DNA from: Octopus vulgaris | Taxonomy: Eukaryota | NCBI GenBank assembly: GCA_951406725.2 | Contig: OX597828.1 | Location: 33,666,001-33,730,000, forward strand | Length of the DNA stretch: 64,000 nucleotides | Direction: 5' to 3' | Part shown: piece by piece, positions 1 through 15,868 of the stretch | How the letters are laid out: each line of letters opens with the position of its first letter | Position numbering within the stretch: the stretch's first letter is position 1 | Position numbers and translations under genes: made by a program | The notes under the pieces: generated by a model | Told to the model about the DNA's origin: nothing | Seen by the model: the letters and a program-made list of their open reading frames with translations, nothing else | The model's database searches: none

Positions 1-245
1 GTGTGTATGAGAGAGCGGGAGAGAAGAAAATTAGACGGCTGGATCGATGTAATATATGAATACAAATATATTTGATATATACGTATGTATATATATATAT
101 ATATATATATACGTATATATCAAATATATTTATATTCATATATTACATCGATCCAGCCGTCTATATATGTATATATACATATATATATTTTTTCTAGTTT
201 CAGCTCAGAGCTGCGGCCATGCTGTGCTACACTGTTATTACGACG

Positions 246-660
246 AACACCCAGTCATAATGCTGTAAGAGCTGGGTCAGGCAGCTCCTACCTGGTCGAA
301 AACCATGCTGGGTATTACTCAGCAAGTTATTTTCCTCAAGGAATGCGATTAGTTTCTTTCTGACTATCCGTCTATGACTTTGCTGATGTGTTAAGTCAGA
401 GAGATAGGCCTATAGTTTTTGGCATCTGCTCTACTTCCCCCTTTATGTATTGGGCATATTATTCCCTCCTTCAGCTTGCTTGGTAGTTTGCCATTCGCAA
501 GAAAGCTCTGGAAGAGAATCTTGAGGGGTTTTGCCAGGACATGCTTACACGCTTTGTGGAGGATGGCTGGGAAACCGTCTGGACCAGCATCTATGGCTAG
601 TAGGACATCTTTTTCGCTAATGTCAATACATTCTATTGCAACCGCCTCGCTGGTGAGGCG
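246..660 (-). mobile_element. CR1/L2-like LINE ORF2 fragment (N-terminal part of RT), disrupted
   Basis: ORF 391-669 reads GPDGFPAILHKACKHVLAKPLKILFQSFLANGKLPSKLKEGIICPIHKGGSRADAKNYRPISLT. After a stop and frameshift it continues RIVRKKLIAFLEENNLLSNTQHGFRPGRSCLTQLL. These are the canonical YRPISLT and QHGFRxGRSC motifs. Confidence 0.9.
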
Positions 661-666
661 GTGAGG

Positions 667-1526
667 CAAAATTTTTTGAATATTTTCCTCAAAAATTTTT
701 GAATACTTTTTTGGAAATTTTCCTCAAAAATTTTTCGAAATTTTTCCTAAAAATTTTTCAAAGTTTTCCCCAAACTTTTTTGAAAATTTTTGAATACTTT
801 TTTGGAAATTTTCCTCAAAAATTTTTCGAAATTTTTCCTAAAAATTTTTCAAAGTTTTCCCCAAACTTTTTTGAAAATTTTTGAAAATTTTTCCTAAAAG
901 TATTTGAAAGATTTTTGAAAATATTCCTCAAAAATTTTTCCCAATTTTTGAAAAAGTTTTTGAAAATTTTCCTCAAAAATTTTTGAAAGTTTTTCCCAAA
1001 AATTTTTGAAAATTTTTCATAAAAATTTTTGAAAAATTTTTTGAAAATTTTCCTCAAAAATTTTTGAAGAAGATTTCCCAAAAATTATTTAAAATTTTTC
1101 CTAAATATTTTTGAAAAATTTTGGGGAAATCTTCCTCAAAAATATTTCAAAATTTTTCCCGAAAATTTTTTGAAAATTTTTCTCGAATATTTTTTAAAAT
1201 TTTCACCTAAAAATTTACCCAATAATTTTGTGAAAGTTTTCACCAAAAATTTTTCAAAAATTTTACCTAAAAGATTCTTCGAAAATTTTCAACAAAAATA
1301 TTTCGAAAATTTTACCCAAAAAGTTTTCGAAAATTTTCACCAAAAATTTTTCGAAAATTTACACCGAAAATTTTGCCCAAAAGTTTTTCGGGAATTTTTC
1401 ACAAATTTTTTTCGAAAATTTTCACCTAAAAGTTTACCCAAAAATTTTGTGAAAGTTTTCACCGAAAATTTTACCCCAAAACTTTTAGAAAGTTTTTCGG
1501 TGAAAATTTTGAAAAAATTTTGGGGA
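667..1526. repeat. AT-rich satellite of ~10-12-bp phased A/T tracts (left flank)
   Basis: Continuous degenerate units such as gaaaattttt, cctcaaaaatt and gaaaattttcacc. Confidence 0.9.
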
Positions 1527-2124
1527 AAAGTATGGAAGGCCAGGGGTGCCAAAATCACAAAGTATGGAAAGCCATCGGTGCCAAAATCACAAAGTATGGA
1601 AAGCCAGCGGTGCCAAAATCACAAAGTATGGAAAGCCAGCGGTGCCAAAATCACAAAGTATGGAAGGCCAGCGGTGCCAAAATCACAGAGTATGGAAGGC
1701 CAGCGGTGCCAAAATCATAAAGTATGGAAGGCCAGCGGTGCCAAAATCAAAAAATATTGAAAGCCAGCGGTGCCAAAACCACAAAGTATGGAAAGCCATA
1801 CTTTGTGATTTTGGCACCGCTAGGTCTCCATACTTTGTGATTTTGTCACCGCTGGCTTTCCATACTTTGTGATTCTGGCACCGCTGGCTTTCCATACTTT
1901 TTGATTTTAGCACCGCTGGCTTTCCATACTTTGTGATTTTGGCACCGCTGGTTTTCCATACTTTGTGATTTTGTCACAGCTGGCTTTCCATACTTTGTGA
2001 TTTTGGCACTGCTGGCTTTCCATACTTTTTGATTTTGGCACCGCTGGCTTTCCATACTTTGTGATTTTCGCACCGCTGGCTTTCCATACTTTGTGATTTT
2101 GGCACCGCTGGCCTTCCATACTTT
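1527..2124. repeat. Head-to-head (palindromic) array of a 32-bp unit AAAGTATGGAAAGCCAGCGGTGCCAAAATCAC
   Basis: TATGG recurs every 32 bp from 1531 to 1787 (9 copies, one as TATTG). Its complement CCATA recurs every 32 bp from 1796 to 2116 (11 copies). The centre is GTATGG-aaag-CCATAC at 1786-1801. Confidence 0.95.
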
Positions 2125-3216
2125 ACCCAAAAAGTTTTTCGAAAAATTTTCTGAAAATTTCCCAAAAAAAATCTTTCCTAAAAACTTTTCAAAAATTTTT
2201 TGGAAAGTTTTCACCGAAAATTTTATCCAAAAATTTTTCGAAAATTTTCACAAAAAATATTTTGAAAATTTTACCCAAAAAGTCATCGAAAATTTTCACC
2301 AAAAATTTTTCGAAAATTTTACCCAAAAATTTTTCGAAAATTTTAACCCAAAAATTTTTCGAAAATTTTAACCCAAAAATTTTCCGAAAATTTTCACTGA
2401 AAATTTTACCCAAAAATTTTTGAAAACTTTTTTGAAAATTTTCCTCAAAAATTTTTGAAAAAGTTTTTGAAAATTTTCCTCAAAAATTTTTCAAACTTTT
2501 TCCCAAAAATTTTTGAAAATTTTTCTTAAAAATTTTTGAAAAACTTTTTTGAAAATTTTCCTCAAGAATTTTTGTGTCCCCAAATTTTTTTTTATTTTTC
2601 CTAAAAATCTTTGAAAAATTTTGGGAAATCTTCCTCAAAAAATTTTTTAAAATTTTTCCCGAAAATTTTCACCGAAAATTTTACCCAAAAATTTTTTTTT
2701 AATTTTCACCGAAAATTTTACCCAAAAATTTTTCGAAAATTTTACCAAAAAATTGTTCGAAAATTTTCACCAAAAATTATCACCGAAAATTTTACCCAAA
2801 AATTTTTGAAAATTTTCACGGAAAATTTTACACAAAAATTTTTCAAAAGTTTTTCCAATAAATAATTTGAAAATTTTACCTAAAAATTTTTCGAAAATTT
2901 TCACCAAAAATTTTTAGAAAATTTTACCCAAATTCTTTCGAAAATTTTCACCGAAAATTTACCCCAAAAATTGTTCGAAAATTTTTACCCAAACATTTTT
3001 CGAAAATTTTTCCCGAAAATTTTCCCCAAAAATTATTAGAAAATTTTCACCGAAAATTTACCCCAAAAATTTTTAGAAAATTTTCACCGAAAATTTTACC
3101 CAAAAATTCCTCGAAAATTTTCACCAAAATTTTTAGAAAATTTTTCCTAAAAATTTTTGAAAAATTTTTGGGAAATCTTCCTCAAAAATTTTTGAAAATT
3201 TTTCCCGAAAATTTTT
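2125..3216. repeat. AT-rich phased A/T-tract satellite (right flank)
   Basis: Same units as 667-1526. The block ttgaaaaattttgggaaatcttcctcaaaaa recurs near 1111, 2611 and 3159. Confidence 0.9.
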
Positions 3217-3410
3217 TTGTCCCCTACTACCGCTTGACGATCGATGTTGGTGTGTGTTCATGTCGTCTCAGCAAACAGAGACCGATAGAATAATAAGTAC
3301 TAAGGCTTGTCAAAAAATAAGTACTAGGATCGATTCACTCGACTAAAAGTTCTTCAAACCGGTGCCCCAGCTCAGCCGCAGTCCAATGACTGAAACAAGG
3401 TAAAAGATAT
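3217..3410 (+). mobile_element. SINE family A, 3' fragment
   Basis: Matches the 3' half of 4070-4460 (gaccgatagaata...gccgcagtccaatgactgaaacaag). Confidence 0.8.
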
Positions 3411-3467
3411 ACATAAATATTCTTTTGCCCTTATTTTTGTAAATTATTTCATATATATCTCACGTAT

Positions 3468-3520
3468 TTATCGCTGAAGAAGAGAAAATTCTTATGAATT
3501 AACCCCGAAATATACGGTAA
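3468..3520 (+). ncRNA. Minimal type I hammerhead-ribozyme-like motif (stem II mutated)
   Basis: ttatcg-CTGAAGA-agag-aaaattcttatgaattaa-cccc-GAAA-TATA-cggtaa. Stem I ttatcg/cggtaa gives 6 bp including one GU, stem III is palindromic ATAT, and there is an inner aattc/gaatt hairpin. Confidence 0.5.
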
Positions 3521-3732
3521 TAACGGATTTTTTAGAAATTTCTATCGGTTTATTTCGAGACGCATAAATTAAAATGGTGATTGACAATTTTGTCTTTTTT
3601 TCGGCATATTTGGCATTAGAATTTTTTGTAAATTATTTATAAATTTAACATTTAATGGTATTTTTTGATATGCTGGCCATTGATAAAAATTTTTTTTTTC
3701 TGAAAAACAATTTTATCCTACATTAGTCATAA

Positions 3733-3805
<73 letters not shown>

Positions 3806-4069
3806 TATATTTATGTTAGTATTTACGTACATATTCGTGTGTGTATGAGTGTGGGGTGTGAGATTTCTTGTGAATTCTTTGGTGAATATTTTCTTACCTA
3901 TAATTATATTGCGATAAATTCATCGCTTGTAATTTAGATTTTATCGCCTAATAATTTCATTGTAAAGTAATTATATCAAGAGACAATAATAAAAACGTCG
4001 TTTCTTCTATTTGATCGCCAGAGAAAATACATCACTAAATATGTTGGGTTTTTTTTTCAAGTTTTTATA

Positions 4070-4460
4070 GGCGCAGGAGTGGCTGTGTGGTAAGTAGCTT
4101 GCTAACCAGCCACATGGTGCCGGGTTCAGTCCCACTTGGGCAAATGTCTTCTGCTATAGCCCCGGGCCGACCAATGCCTTGTAAGTGGATTTGGTAGACG
4201 GAAACTGAAAGAAGCCTGTCGTTTATATGTATATATATATATGTATGTGATTGTGTGTCTGTGTTTGTCCCCCTAGCATTGCTTGACAACCGATGCTGTT
4301 GTGTTTACGTCCCCGTCACTTAGCGGTTTAGCAAAAGAGACCGATAGAATAAGTACTGGGCTTACAAAGAATAAGTCCCGGGGTCGATTTGCTCGACTAA
4401 AGGCTGTGCTCCAGCATTGGCCGCAGTCAAATGACTGAAACAAGTAAAAGAGTAAAAGAG
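4070..4460 (+). mobile_element. tRNA-derived SINE family A (octopus OR-type/CORE-like), near full length
   Basis: A box TGGCTGTGTGG, B box GGTTCAGTCCC, CORE-like ttgggcaaatgtcttct, internal (TA)n(TG)n and a tail of repeated gtaaaaga. Many near-identical copies occur in the window. Confidence 0.9.
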
Positions 4461-4829
4461 TATACACAGAACAAATACGCCATCACATTGACAGAAAAGA
4501 AAGTATTTCAAAGACACGAGTGTTTTCATTCAACTATCTGGAAATTTTAGGAAATGAAATAACGAAAAGAATAAAAAGGAAGAATGACAAAATAATCGAG
4601 CAGTATATGTCCCTAAGAAAGAAGATTTCACATCCACGAAAGAAATAAAAAGATTGCGCTACGAGAATTCAAAATTTTAGCGAATATCAAAATCGCGAAG
4701 CAGTGGATTATTTCAAAGTCTTTGCTTGAAATTTCTAATTTTAGAATATTATTTCTTCCCTCAGTTTACCTTAGTCTTTGTATGTATCGTGATTCTATTT
4801 TAGAAAGGAAATTTCATTTGTTTTTCACT

Positions 4830-5120
<291 letters not shown>

Positions 5121-5771
5121 ATTTTGTATCTTGTTTTTCATGTGTATATATCATATATATTCATATATTGTGTAAATTTGTTAATAATTTGAAAATGCGA
5201 CATGTTTAGTGAACGAATAAAACTTTAAATAATGTCTAACAATAAATTTATTCAATGTATTAAAAATGTGTCGACAAATTTACCGAATACACACACACAC
5301 ATATATATGCATATATATATATATACATATATATATATGTATATATATACATCTATAATTATTCATAGATATATATATATACACATAACGTATGTATGTA
5401 TGTATGTATGGCACAACTATGTGATAACTCTTTTGAATTTTTAAATTTATATATTCGTGTGTGTACTGGTATGTTTGCGTGTGCGTGTGTGTGTGTGTGC
5501 CGGTATGTTTGTGTGTGTGTATGTTTTTATGTGTGTGCATACATATATGTGTGCATATATGCACACTTATGTGGACATGTGTGATGCGATTCATCGCATC
5601 TTGTATAATAATTCAATAATACAACAAACTTGCTTATAGATTGATTTTTGTATGTAATGAAAAAACAGTCCAGTGCGTGAATTTTCTCCGTCAGTACAGC
5701 ACCTTGTTTTCACCAACATTCCCTCGGTCATACATATTAACTCTGTTCTTTTCATTTCCTTGATAACTTAC

Positions 5772-5916
5772 CAAGAGATCTCGAAGCAACAGAAGAATCC
5801 AGGAATAGATTGTGCTGACTGACTGTGATAGATAAACCCTGACACTTATCAATCACTGCCCAGCTGTTTTGTGGATGAGTCCAGAGAAGAAGAAGAAAAA
5901 TGGTGAGAGACCACAT
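5772..5916 (-). CDS. Candidate first coding exon of a secreted or membrane protein (signal peptide)
   Basis: ATG in aagATG context encodes MWSLTIFLLLLWTHPQNSWA-VIDKCQGLSITVSQHNLFLDSSVASRSL, followed by a perfect phase-1 donor G|gtaagt at 5772/5771. There is an upstream in-frame ATG at 5970. No downstream exon was identified. Confidence 0.45.
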
Positions 5917-6209
5917 CTTTGAATGTTCTCGACAAGCTGCGAAGATCAGCGCTAAGTTGATTTCCGACATAATGTATTTGCAGTAGCGTCGTAGCAGCTA
6001 TGAGAAGTTACTGGTCGTTTTGTCCCCTCCCCTCCCCACCACAACACACGCACACAGAGTCCCACTGACTATCTCCGTCATTACAAAAATACTGAAACTG
6101 ATAAATGCGCATCTTTTTTTTTTTTTCCAAAATAGAAAGCACTTCGTAGGACGAGTGTATTTTTCTGCAACGTAGATTTGAGATCTTGTATCCCTAAAAC
6201 AATAAATTA

Positions 6210-6613
6210 GACGCAGGAGTGGCTATGTGGTAAGTAGCTTGCTAACCAACCACATGGTTCCGGGTTCAGTCCCACTGCGTGGCATCTTGGGCAAGTGTCT
6301 TCTACTATAGCCCCGGGCCGACCAATGCCTTGTGAGTGGATTTGGTAGACGGAAACTGAAAGAAGCCTGTTGTATATATGTATATATATATATGTGTGTG
6401 TGTGTGTTTGTGTGTCTGTGTTTGTCCCCCTAGCATTGCTTAACAACCGATGCTGGTGTGTTTACGTCCCCGTCACTTAGCGGTTCGGCAAGAGACCGAT
6501 AGAACAAGTACTGGGCTTACAAAGAATAAGTCCCGGGGTCGATTTGCTCGACTAAAGGCGGTGCTCCAGCATGGCCGCAGTCAAATGACTGAAACAAGTA
6601 AAAGAGAAAAGAG
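6210..6613 (+). mobile_element. SINE family A, full length
   Basis: Near-identical to 4070-4460, with an intact head (gttcagtcccactgcgtggcatcttgggcaagtg). Confidence 0.92.
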
Positions 6614-6869
6614 AAAGAGAGAGACCCGACAGAGACTCCAGAAACAGAATTACATTGGAACGTGTTGGAAACTCCTAGTCAAAAGTCTACGTTTCAGCAT
6701 AACAGTAAAGAGGCCCTTGAGATTACGTTACAACTGCACCGCACTGAGCCCCCGAGAAACTGAACAATCTTATCTAAGAACGAACAGATCATTCTGGTAA
6801 GGAAAAGGCTTAGAAAATTCAACCTAAAAATGGTCTCTCCTTACTTCAGTTATTGGACAAGAAGCTGTA

Positions 6870-9130
6870 GTTGTGAGGACATTCAACATTGTGGTCGTAA
6901 AAGCCAGAAACGTTGCATACTGCCCAGTATTCTTATGTGAAATAAGCAGTCAATGTTTGATGTCAACAACTCGGAAATCCAAATCCAAAACTAAAGACAT
7001 CAACACTGGTTCTATGAGAACAATCGACAAACCATCCGAAAGACCTTCGCATGGCCTACAGAGCTACTCTGGACATCTATCATCACACAGATAATAGAAG
7101 GAAGAACAATGGCGAACACTTCGAAGTGAGGCAATATCCACCTTGCTCACCCGTAATAATGCATGATGGATTGCAAAAACTGTAGATATCCAGATGCTTG
7201 GGGACAGGTATGATATGCACAACTTCTATGATAAACTCTCAGGTTATTAGATAGTATTTATTTATTTATTAAAAACCAGCAACAGGAAAATACTCGGAAA
7301 CATACTTCAACCTGCTCCTTGGCCAGTCTCAGCCAGTAGATTTATAGTCATGGAAGAGTTTTGTTAAATGCATATTATCCCTCTCCTTAAAGTTCGCAAT
7401 GTAAAAATGGGAGTGTAACAATGCGACACGCAGGCCCTGTATTTTCCTTATGTGTGTGATCACATTGCTAAGCAAATGGATGGAAAAGAAGGTGAGGGTC
7501 ACTCGTAGCTTCAAACTCGGCGGGAACCCATCTCTTCAACCAGTTCTTGTTGCAGTTAGTACTGCCACCAAAACAATCTAGAAAATCTCCCAGAACGGAC
7601 AATATTTTAGCAGAGATTTTGAATGCGAGCATTACAGTTGCACAAGAGCATTTTCATCACTAAATCAGTGTTGAATGAGGAGCATATAAAAACATCGTTT
7701 TCAAAAAAATTTATTTGCTGCAACAGGAGTGGTTAGCGCTCCTGTCCATTGCTTGTAAGACCCTGGCCAAGGTCATGTTCAAAGGACAGGCTTAATCAAT
7801 ATCAGATTGCTTAATCAATATCTGATGGCTTAATCAATATCAGGGCGGTTTGTTGTTTTCTGATTGCAACTTTTTCAAAGACTGAGGTATAGTCAACATA
7901 ATCAGCATTGTAAAACAGCTTCAAGGGAAATACGAGGAGCAACATCGGGAACTGTTCATTACATCTGAAGATTTGTCAAAAGCCTTTGACACCATAAAAA
8001 AGGTATCTCCTGTGGGATTTTCCTGGAAAGTCTGGCTGCCTGCCTACATTCAGGATTCTCTTCTGTCAGCTCCACACAAAAGTAATAGTCGAGTTACTGG
8101 ATGACAAAAATCTGAGTTCGCAATGTAAAAATGGGAGTGTAACAATGCGACACACAGGCCCTGTATCTTCCTTATGTGTGTGATCACATTGCTAAGCAAA
8201 TGGATGGAAAAGAAGGTGAGGGTCACTCGTAGCTTCAAACTCGGCGGGAACCCATCTCTTCAACATTAGAAAGTTACAAACCACAACCGAGTGCATATCT
8301 GAACGGACCATCGAACTGTAGTATCTTAATGAGTGTGATAGAAACGATTGCACTCCGGAGTCCCTTTGAATTACCATTTCAGTAGCCATTATAACATATA
8401 AGCGAATAGACAATTGGACCTGAAATTCCCTGTCAGCAACACACTGCGCGACGCTTTCTCATCTACACAATTGCTCAGCACAGCACTAAAAGCTAGCTAC
8501 ATTCTTACAATCCAAATACCAAGGCAACACCCTTTCCAGAGACTGTATAGTGGGTTAGAAGAGTCCTTCAAAACATCCACTTCATCCTGCGTGCCATGGT
8601 TTTCATCTACCGAACACTAGGGGGGTTCTGCTCTCATGTATGGGTATGAGACATGGATAGAACGGACACTAGAGATCTTTCATATCCAGGGTACCCAGAA
8701 GATTCTTTCAGTCATTTGCTGAAATAGAATTACACACTTGCAAATCCACCGTCAAACCAACTCCAATCGCATTTAATCTTCACTTATATTGGCATCAAAC
8801 TTTATATTACCATGACATGTAGTAACCATTTATCAGTCACATTTCTTTAGTAGGATCGCTTAGTAATAGCTTTACAATGGTCAACACCTTGTTGATAAAT
8901 CAAAGAAAAATTTCAAAGACAAGCTAAAGGCTTGTTTAAATAAGAGCAATATGAAATTTTCATGAGTGAAAGATTTCACTACTTATAGTTCACTTTGCTG
9001 GCTTCGCTGTTGGGGTAGACTGATCGTAAGAGACACACTCCACACTAACACTAGAAAAGACACATTCAACACTAAAAGCAGAAGCAGGAAAAGAGGCCTG
9101 CATGCAGGGTAACACCTGACCTCCCCAACC
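6870..9130 (+). mobile_element. Old, degenerate RTE-clade LINE
   Basis: Collinear relic peptides: KQLQGKYEEQHRELFITSEDLSKAFDTI (~7915-7995), a GVxQ-like RT motif (~8130), LMYGYETW (~8635) and a KFKDKLKACL-like stretch (~8910). Many stops and frameshifts. Confidence 0.65.
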
Positions 9131-9670
9131 TATGTGCTGTCTATAACAGAATCTATACATAACTAGGAAAACGAATGACACTGCAGCGACAACAAAATCA
9201 ATTCCGAAAATATCAGAAAAATTCTGTTAAGTGAACATATAGAAATTTTATGTGCAAGAATGAATCTACTTAATTTCAATATACCTCCATCTTATAAATG
9301 CTCAGATTCAACCACAGCAACAATGATTACATGAGAATAAAAAGCAATTTATTAAGAAATATAAACTACATTTAAACATTTGATTAATATAAACTATTTG
9401 ATTAATATACAATTGTTATCAAAAAACACTTTTATAAAAAGATAAGCGTTGTAAACTAACATTTTTTTAAAAAATATACTTAAAAAATAAAGTACTCATT
9501 CTCCTCCAATAGCTGCCAGAGTGTTAACTAGTCGTGATTGGTACTAAATATGAAACTATGTAATAAATGTGAAGATGGTTAGAATATGTAAAAGGGATAT
9601 TTCAACATAGCTGTGCATTATCTTTATGTAAATGCATGTGCAAATATAAATACGTGTGTGTGTGTGTGAC

Positions 9671-13270
<3,600 letters not shown>

Positions 13271-13772
13271 CGGGAATAAATAATAGCTGCATTTTGTTGG
13301 CAAACCTCGCAATAACTTCTGCGAACTTCTATCTTTAGATGTCATCATACGTGGAAATACAAAGCTTGCCAAATGAAATAATATATACATAAAGACGGTG
13401 CTCCAGCATGGTCGCAGTCAAATGATTGGAACAAATAAAAGAATAAAAGAATATATAAAGGGAGAAACATTTGTTATTTTTTATTATGATTTTTAAAAAT
13501 GTCTAAAAAAAAGAAAAGAAATCTTACTGTGTGTTTTAGGGACTGAGGAATGAGACCTTGTGTTATTCATGCTTTTGTGTTTTTTCTAAAAGGAATAGGG
13601 GAATCAAGAAATGAAATGGGTTATGGCCTCGACAAGATGGAATTTGTTCCGCTGCCCCACAGCGTGCTCCGAAAGACAGACGCTATAAATTAAGTATCAG
13701 TGAAACACTGCGGTCGATGTAATCGACTCATCTCCTCCCCCAAATTGCTGCCCTTCTGGCAAAATCTGACAC

Positions 13773-13792
13773 CATTATCATTATCATTATTA

Positions 13793-13847
<55 letters not shown>

Positions 13848-13945
13848 CATTATTATTATTATTATCATCATCATCGTCATCATCATTATTATTATTATTA
13901 TTATTATTATCATTATTATTATTATTATCATCATCATCATCATCA

Positions 13946-14003
<58 letters not shown>

Positions 14004-14014
14004 CATCATCATCA

Positions 14015-14075
<61 letters not shown>

Positions 14076-14119
14076 CATCATCATCATCATCATCATCATT
14101 ATTATTATTATTATTATTA

Positions 14120-14150
<31 letters not shown>

Positions 14151-14161
14151 CATCATCATCA

Positions 14162-14210
<49 letters not shown>
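13773..14210. repeat. Compound (TTA)n/(TCA)n microsatellite
   Basis: Alternating blocks read directly. Confidence 0.95.
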
Positions 14211-14211
<1 letters not shown>

Positions 14212-15173
14212 GAGTGAGAGAATAGTACATGCCATCAAAGTCACGCTGGAGTACAAATATACGGAGCCAAGTATACCCATCACGTCTACCCGTCTGGTAA
14301 TGGTACACTAGGAACATGCATCACAACCATATGTGCGCGACAAGGTGATCTTGTAGCAGAGGCTCCAGTTAGAATTTTCTTCGGATCGAGTAGCCTGTCC
14401 CACTCAAAAGGTCCCTGACTAAAGATATAATATCCCATTAAGTCCCAGAGTACTTAAATTTCTGAATATTACTTAAAAAATTTTTTTTGTCCGTTCGGCA
14501 AAACGGAGCGATAGAATAAGTACCAAACTTTGAAAAATAAGTACAGGGGTTGACTTGCCCTTCAATGTGATGCCCCAGCATGGCCACAGTCCAATGACTG
14601 AAACAAGTAAAAGATAAATGATAAAACTAACACCGATTCAGACCGTCACACTACGGTTTCGGTCAGTGTTCCGTCCTTACAGTGGAAAGAATGGAAATCA
14701 TTTTTCTCCCTCAATCAAGAGAAAGGATTGTGCCTATGGCTTTTTTTGAGGAGCATCGTGATTAATGGAAAGGAAGGATAAAACCATTCTCAAACTAAAT
14801 ACCTGACCTGAAATTTTGCAACAGAATTGAGTCTGCTAAAGGCACCAAGATACGAAAACCGAGTCACTGGGTTAAGTCTATCACCGAAGTAGACTTGAAG
14901 TCAGAAGGCCGCCAGAAGCCAGAACACTAGAGCTGTCCCGTTGGAGAAACTATGTGTGACATTTGTGTCTTTTCCAAGAGAATCGTCAATATAAGAAGAG
15001 GTGAAACGTATTTAGGTGGAGATTGATATCACATCGGTCAGTGTTTAGGCTTTTATTAAACATCATCTGCAATATTAAAAGAATAATATTGATTTCTTAC
15101 AAGATCTCAGATTTGCGGTGAGAAAGAAACTGTTAACAATATCAACCTCAGTATTATTTGGTACTTTATTTTA
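14211..15173 (+). repeat. Left arm of a ~1-kb inverted repeat
   Basis: Reverse complement of 17151-18150, e.g. gtcccagagtacttaaatttctgaatattac vs gtaatattcagaaatttaagtactctgggac. Confidence 0.95.
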
Positions 15174-15827
15174 TCGATCCACAAAAGATGAAAGCCAAAT
15201 TTGACATCGGTGGGATTTGAACTCTGAACGTAAGTAACTAGAACAGATACCGTAATGCGAGCATTCTTTCAGATGCTCTAAAAGTGAAAGGAAAAAAAAT
15301 GGTTTTGCCGAATAAGCAAATGCCTGGCTTGTTTATTAACCAGCACCAGACAGTATGTAACAACATATTTATCTGAAGTATATTATGCAAAACTGGCTTA
15401 GATGTTCGTAAATGAAACCATTCTTAATATATTTATGTGTTGTAAGCCACTGGGCAGATCTACTGATAAGCAACGTCCACATGAGCGGGTTAAATTTTCA
15501 ACTTTAATGTCAGAATCTGTGATCTATAGGTCAAATCAGTTGCCAATAATTTTCTGACCGTCCAATCATTCTTTCACAATTCTTACAATGTCAGTTAGTT
15601 TCCGTACAATATTACTGCGATATGGTTCGGAAGATATATTTACCAGAAGTTTGTCAGGGTTAGCAGAAGAAAAAGTATCTCAAGTTGGTTGACATGTAAA
15701 ATTAGTGTTATGCAATGTACTTTGGGTGGGGATGAAGCATGGCCGGCCACTTTTTTTCTTTTTTCATCCACACTCTCTTGATTGCATCGGCAAGAATTTA
15801 CTGCGTGAAAATTCATACGCACACACA

Positions 15828-15868
<41 letters not shown>

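Noticed and set aside
1527-2124. CRISPR array (32-bp repeats)
   Set aside because: Units are contiguous with no unique spacers, there are no cas genes, and the context is eukaryotic.
699-2865. K/F/N-rich and KVWKASGAKITKY ORFs
   Set aside because: These are translations of satellite DNA that is open in several frames on both strands.
6210-6285. Functional tRNA genes at SINE heads (also 23333, 36683, 49680)
   Set aside because: A and B boxes are present, but there is no proper acceptor stem or T-run terminator, and each continues into a repeat body.
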